From Promethearchaeati archaeon (lineage in GTDB: Archaea; Asgardarchaeota; Heimdallarchaeia; JABLTI01), in the NCBI GenBank assembly GCA_013166835.1, contig JABLTI010000047.1:1-38398 (forward strand): a stretch of 38,398 nt of DNA, read 5' to 3'. This document shows positions 36,101 through 38,398 of this stretch, one piece after another; the first letter of the stretch is position 1; each line of letters opens with the position of its first letter. The translations under genes and the position numbers were made by a program. The notes beneath the pieces were generated by a model. The model had not been told where the DNA came from. It ran no database searches and saw nothing but the letters and a program-made list of their open reading frames with translations.

Positions 36101-38398
36101 ATGAAGTGCCCGTATTGTCAGTCACCAAACACTCGAGTTGTTGACAAACGATTATCTGACGACATGAAAGTAAATCGCAGAAGAAGAGAATGTCTCCAAT
36201 GTAATAAGCGATTTACCACCTACGAACGAGTAGATGATGTCAAACTTTCTGTTATCAAAAAGGATAAGAGAAGAGAACCTTTCAGTCGAGACAAAATGAA
36301 ATCCGGCATTGTTAGAGCTTGCGAGAAACGACCCATTAGCATGGAAGAAATCGATGAAATAGTAGATGAAATCGAGAGCGAACTAAGAAAATTAGAGGAA
36401 ACAGAGATTGATGCTCAAATCATCGGCGAGAAAGTAATGGAGAAACTTCGCGAACTTGATGAGGTCGCTTATATTAGATTTGCTTCTGTTTATAGACGGT
36501 TCACTGACTTAGCTTCTTTTGAAAGAGAATTAGAGAAATTGAAGGTAGTTAAAGAGATCCAAGTGAAAGGACAAGATTCCACTGAACTTCTATTATTAGT
36601 TTCAGGTGACACCAAAGAAGAAATCTCAGGGTGGAATCGAGCTAAAATCACAGCAGCATTAATCAAAGAAGCTGGATTAGAAAAAATGGATGCAGAATCA
36701 ATTGCAGCAGAAGTAGAACGCAAAATATTCGCATCTGGGATCGATGTTATTTCTGTTGATTTAATTAGAAGCTTAGTAGACAATGAACTCTTTGTAAGAG
36801 GATTTGCTACAAAACTCTTACAACAAAGAAGCATTGGTATACCAACTTATGATTTGAATCAATTAATTCATTCAAAGAGTAAAGAAAATAGCAATGTTGT
36901 AGCAAATAATCCCGAAGCAGTTAATCTAGCTATTGCTGAAACAATCTTGAAGAAATACGCTTTACAAGAAATGTTTTCTCCAGAAGTGGCAAATGCTCAT
37001 CGAAAAGGTAAGATATATTTACACGATCTTGGCTTTCCAGTCAGGGTGTATTGTTCTGCACACAGTTTGGAGTACATCAAGAAATATGGGTTAAATTTGT
37101 TGAATCTTTCAACTGTTTCAAGCCCAGCCAAACATGCAGACACACTAACAGGTCATCTCAATACGTTCCTTGCGTCAATGCAAGCCTATTATGCAGGTGC
37201 ACTAGGTCTCGCTTACCTTAACATCTTCTATGCCCCATTCTTTGTAGGGGTTCCATATGAGCAAATAAAACAAGAAGCTGTTCCAAATTATCTAAAGGAT
37301 ATTCCAGCAATCGGCCCAGGTGGAAAATACACTGGCAAAACCTATGGTGAATATGAAAAAGAAACACAACTTTTTGCTAAAGCACTCATGGATGTTTGGT
37401 TGGAAGGAGACGCTCAAGGAAAAGTCTTTCCATTTCCTAAATTTGATCTTCATATTGATCAGAGTTCCTTTGATGACAAAGAGCAATTAAAATTACTCAA
37501 GCATGCTTGTAAAATTGCCTCTGAGAATGGATCGACCTACTTCATATTTGATAGAGATGAAGTGAATCTCTCCATGTGTTGTCGATTAAAGACTACAATC
37601 AAAGACATGTATATGATCGAGCATCCTGAAAGTATGAGATATTGTGGGTTCCAAAATGTAAGCATAAATCTACCACAAGCAGCCTATCGAGCTGGCAAAG
37701 GAAAAATCAAAGACTGTATTGAAGAAATTAAAGCAGCCATGGATATAGCTATGCAAGGCCATTTAGAAAAGAAAGAATTTATCCATCAGCTCATGACTCA
37801 AGAACGAGGTACTCTCTGGCAAATAGGAAAAATTGCAGAAGATGGTAGACCTTATGTTGACTTAGAAAAGGCAACCTATATTATCGGGGTAATTGGACTC
37901 AATGAATGCGTCCAATATTTAATTGGAGAACAAATGCATGAAAGTGAGAAAGCATACAAGCTTGGATTAAGAATCATTGCAGGTATGAATCTCAAAGCAA
38001 AAGACTTACAGGAAAAGAACGGTATAACTGTAACCTTAGAAGAAACTCCAGGAGAAAGTGCCCCATACAAATTCGCAAGAACAGATATTCAAGAATACCC
38101 TGATAGCATCCATTATGTGAAAGGAGATATTGAAGAAGGAGCGATATACTATACCAATAGTGCCCACTTTGCAGCAGATGCTCAAATAGACATTATTGAT
38201 CGAATCTCCAAACAGGGTAAATTTAACACCTTAATTGAAAGTGGATCTATCACTCACATTTTCATAGGTGAACAGAAGATATCTTCTGAATCAATATTAA
38301 ATCTAGTGAAGAAAACTTGGGAAAATACCCAGAGCGCACAAATTGTTTTCTCACCAGAATTCACAGTCTGTCAAGATTGTGGAAAATTAAGTAGGGGT
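36101..38398 (+). CDS. nrdR-nrdD: NrdR repressor fused in frame to class III anaerobic ribonucleoside-triphosphate reductase; truncated by the window end (766 codons visible)
   Basis: MKCPYC…TRVVDKR…NRRRRECLQCNKRFTTYER…REPFSRDK…RACEKRPIS…LDEVAYIRFASVYRRF (NrdR); no stop; second ATP cone WNRAKI…LIRSLVDNEL; KENSN..NNPE, AHRKGKIYLHDL, VYC, PFPK, SMCCRL, QNVSINLPQ, EETPGES, YYTNS, VCQDCG (NrdD). Confidence 0.93.
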   Translation, partial: MKCPYCQSPNTRVVDKRLSDDMKVNRRRRECLQCNKRFTTYERVDDVKLSVIKKDKRREPFSRDKMKSGIVRACEKRPISMEEIDEIVDEIESELRKLEETEIDAQIIGEKVMEKLRELDEVAYIRFASVYRRFTDLASFERELEKLKVVKEIQVKGQDSTELLLLVSGDTKEEISGWNRAKITAALIKEAGLEKMDAESIAAEVERKIFASGIDVISVDLIRSLVDNELFVRGFATKLLQQRSIGIPTYDLNQLIHSKSKENSNVVANNPEAVNLAIAETILKKYALQEMFSPEVANAHRKGKIYLHDLGFPVRVYCSAHSLEYIKKYGLNLLNLSTVSSPAKHADTLTGHLNTFLASMQAYYAGALGLAYLNIFYAPFFVGVPYEQIKQEAVPNYLKDIPAIGPGGKYTGKTYGEYEKETQLFAKALMDVWLEGDAQGKVFPFPKFDLHIDQSSFDDKEQLKLLKHACKIASENGSTYFIFDRDEVNLSMCCRLKTTIKDMYMIEHPESMRYCGFQNVSINLPQAAYRAGKGKIKDCIEEIKAAMDIAMQGHLEKKEFIHQLMTQERGTLWQIGKIAEDGRPYVDLEKATYIIGVIGLNECVQYLIGEQMHESEKAYKLGLRIIAGMNLKAKDLQEKNGITVTLEETPGESAPYKFARTDIQEYPDSIHYVKGDIEEGAIYYTNSAHFAADAQIDIIDRISKQGKFNTLIESGSITHIFIGEQKISSESILNLVKKTWENTQSAQIVFSPEFTVCQDCGKLSRG

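Noticed and set aside
36490-38070. Three short minus-strand ORFs in the track (36490-36834, 37292-37486, 37876-38070)
   Set aside because: Antisense shadows of the nrdR-nrdD frame
36101-38398. Intein or intron in the RNR
   Set aside because: NrdD motifs follow in order with no large insertion and no intein or LAGLIDADG motifs in the visible part
1-38398. CRISPR array, IS/transposase, integrase, rRNA
   Set aside because: No regularly spaced repeats, terminal inverted repeats, recombinase motifs or long GC-rich RNA genes were seen by eye

Overview
AT-rich archaeal chromosomal window. An Asgard/Heimdallarchaeia-like origin is inferred from the longin-domain protein, class I LysRS, eS1/uS15, Rpo12, GPN GTPase and an A1:U72 initiator tRNA. 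Most of it is housekeeping: GPN GTPase, endA, taw1, lysS, dppBC, hutG, rps15-recJ-pcc1-rps3ae, gcvT, degV, tRNA-iMet, eIF-2B-like, rpoP, glyS, glmS. A block of uncharacterised membrane proteins lies at about 9.6-17.1 kb. The most notable feature is missing from the ORF track because it runs off the right edge: one uninterrupted frame (36101..>38398) joins a complete bacterial-type NrdR repressor (Zn ribbon + ATP cone) to a class III ribonucleotide reductase (second ATP cone + NrdD core). Two NrdR-box-like palindromes 31 bp apart lie directly downstream of its archaeal BRE/TATA, suggesting an RNR that represses its own promoter. Other observations: an unannotated Pcc1 with no canonical start codon, a structured rps15 leader, a protein of four tandem AAA+-lid/histone-fold-like repeats, a PhzF with substituted catalytic residues, two gene remnants, and in-frame deletions of conserved segments in GPN and NrdD that may be assembly artefacts. 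All family calls come from motif recognition by eye; no searches were run.
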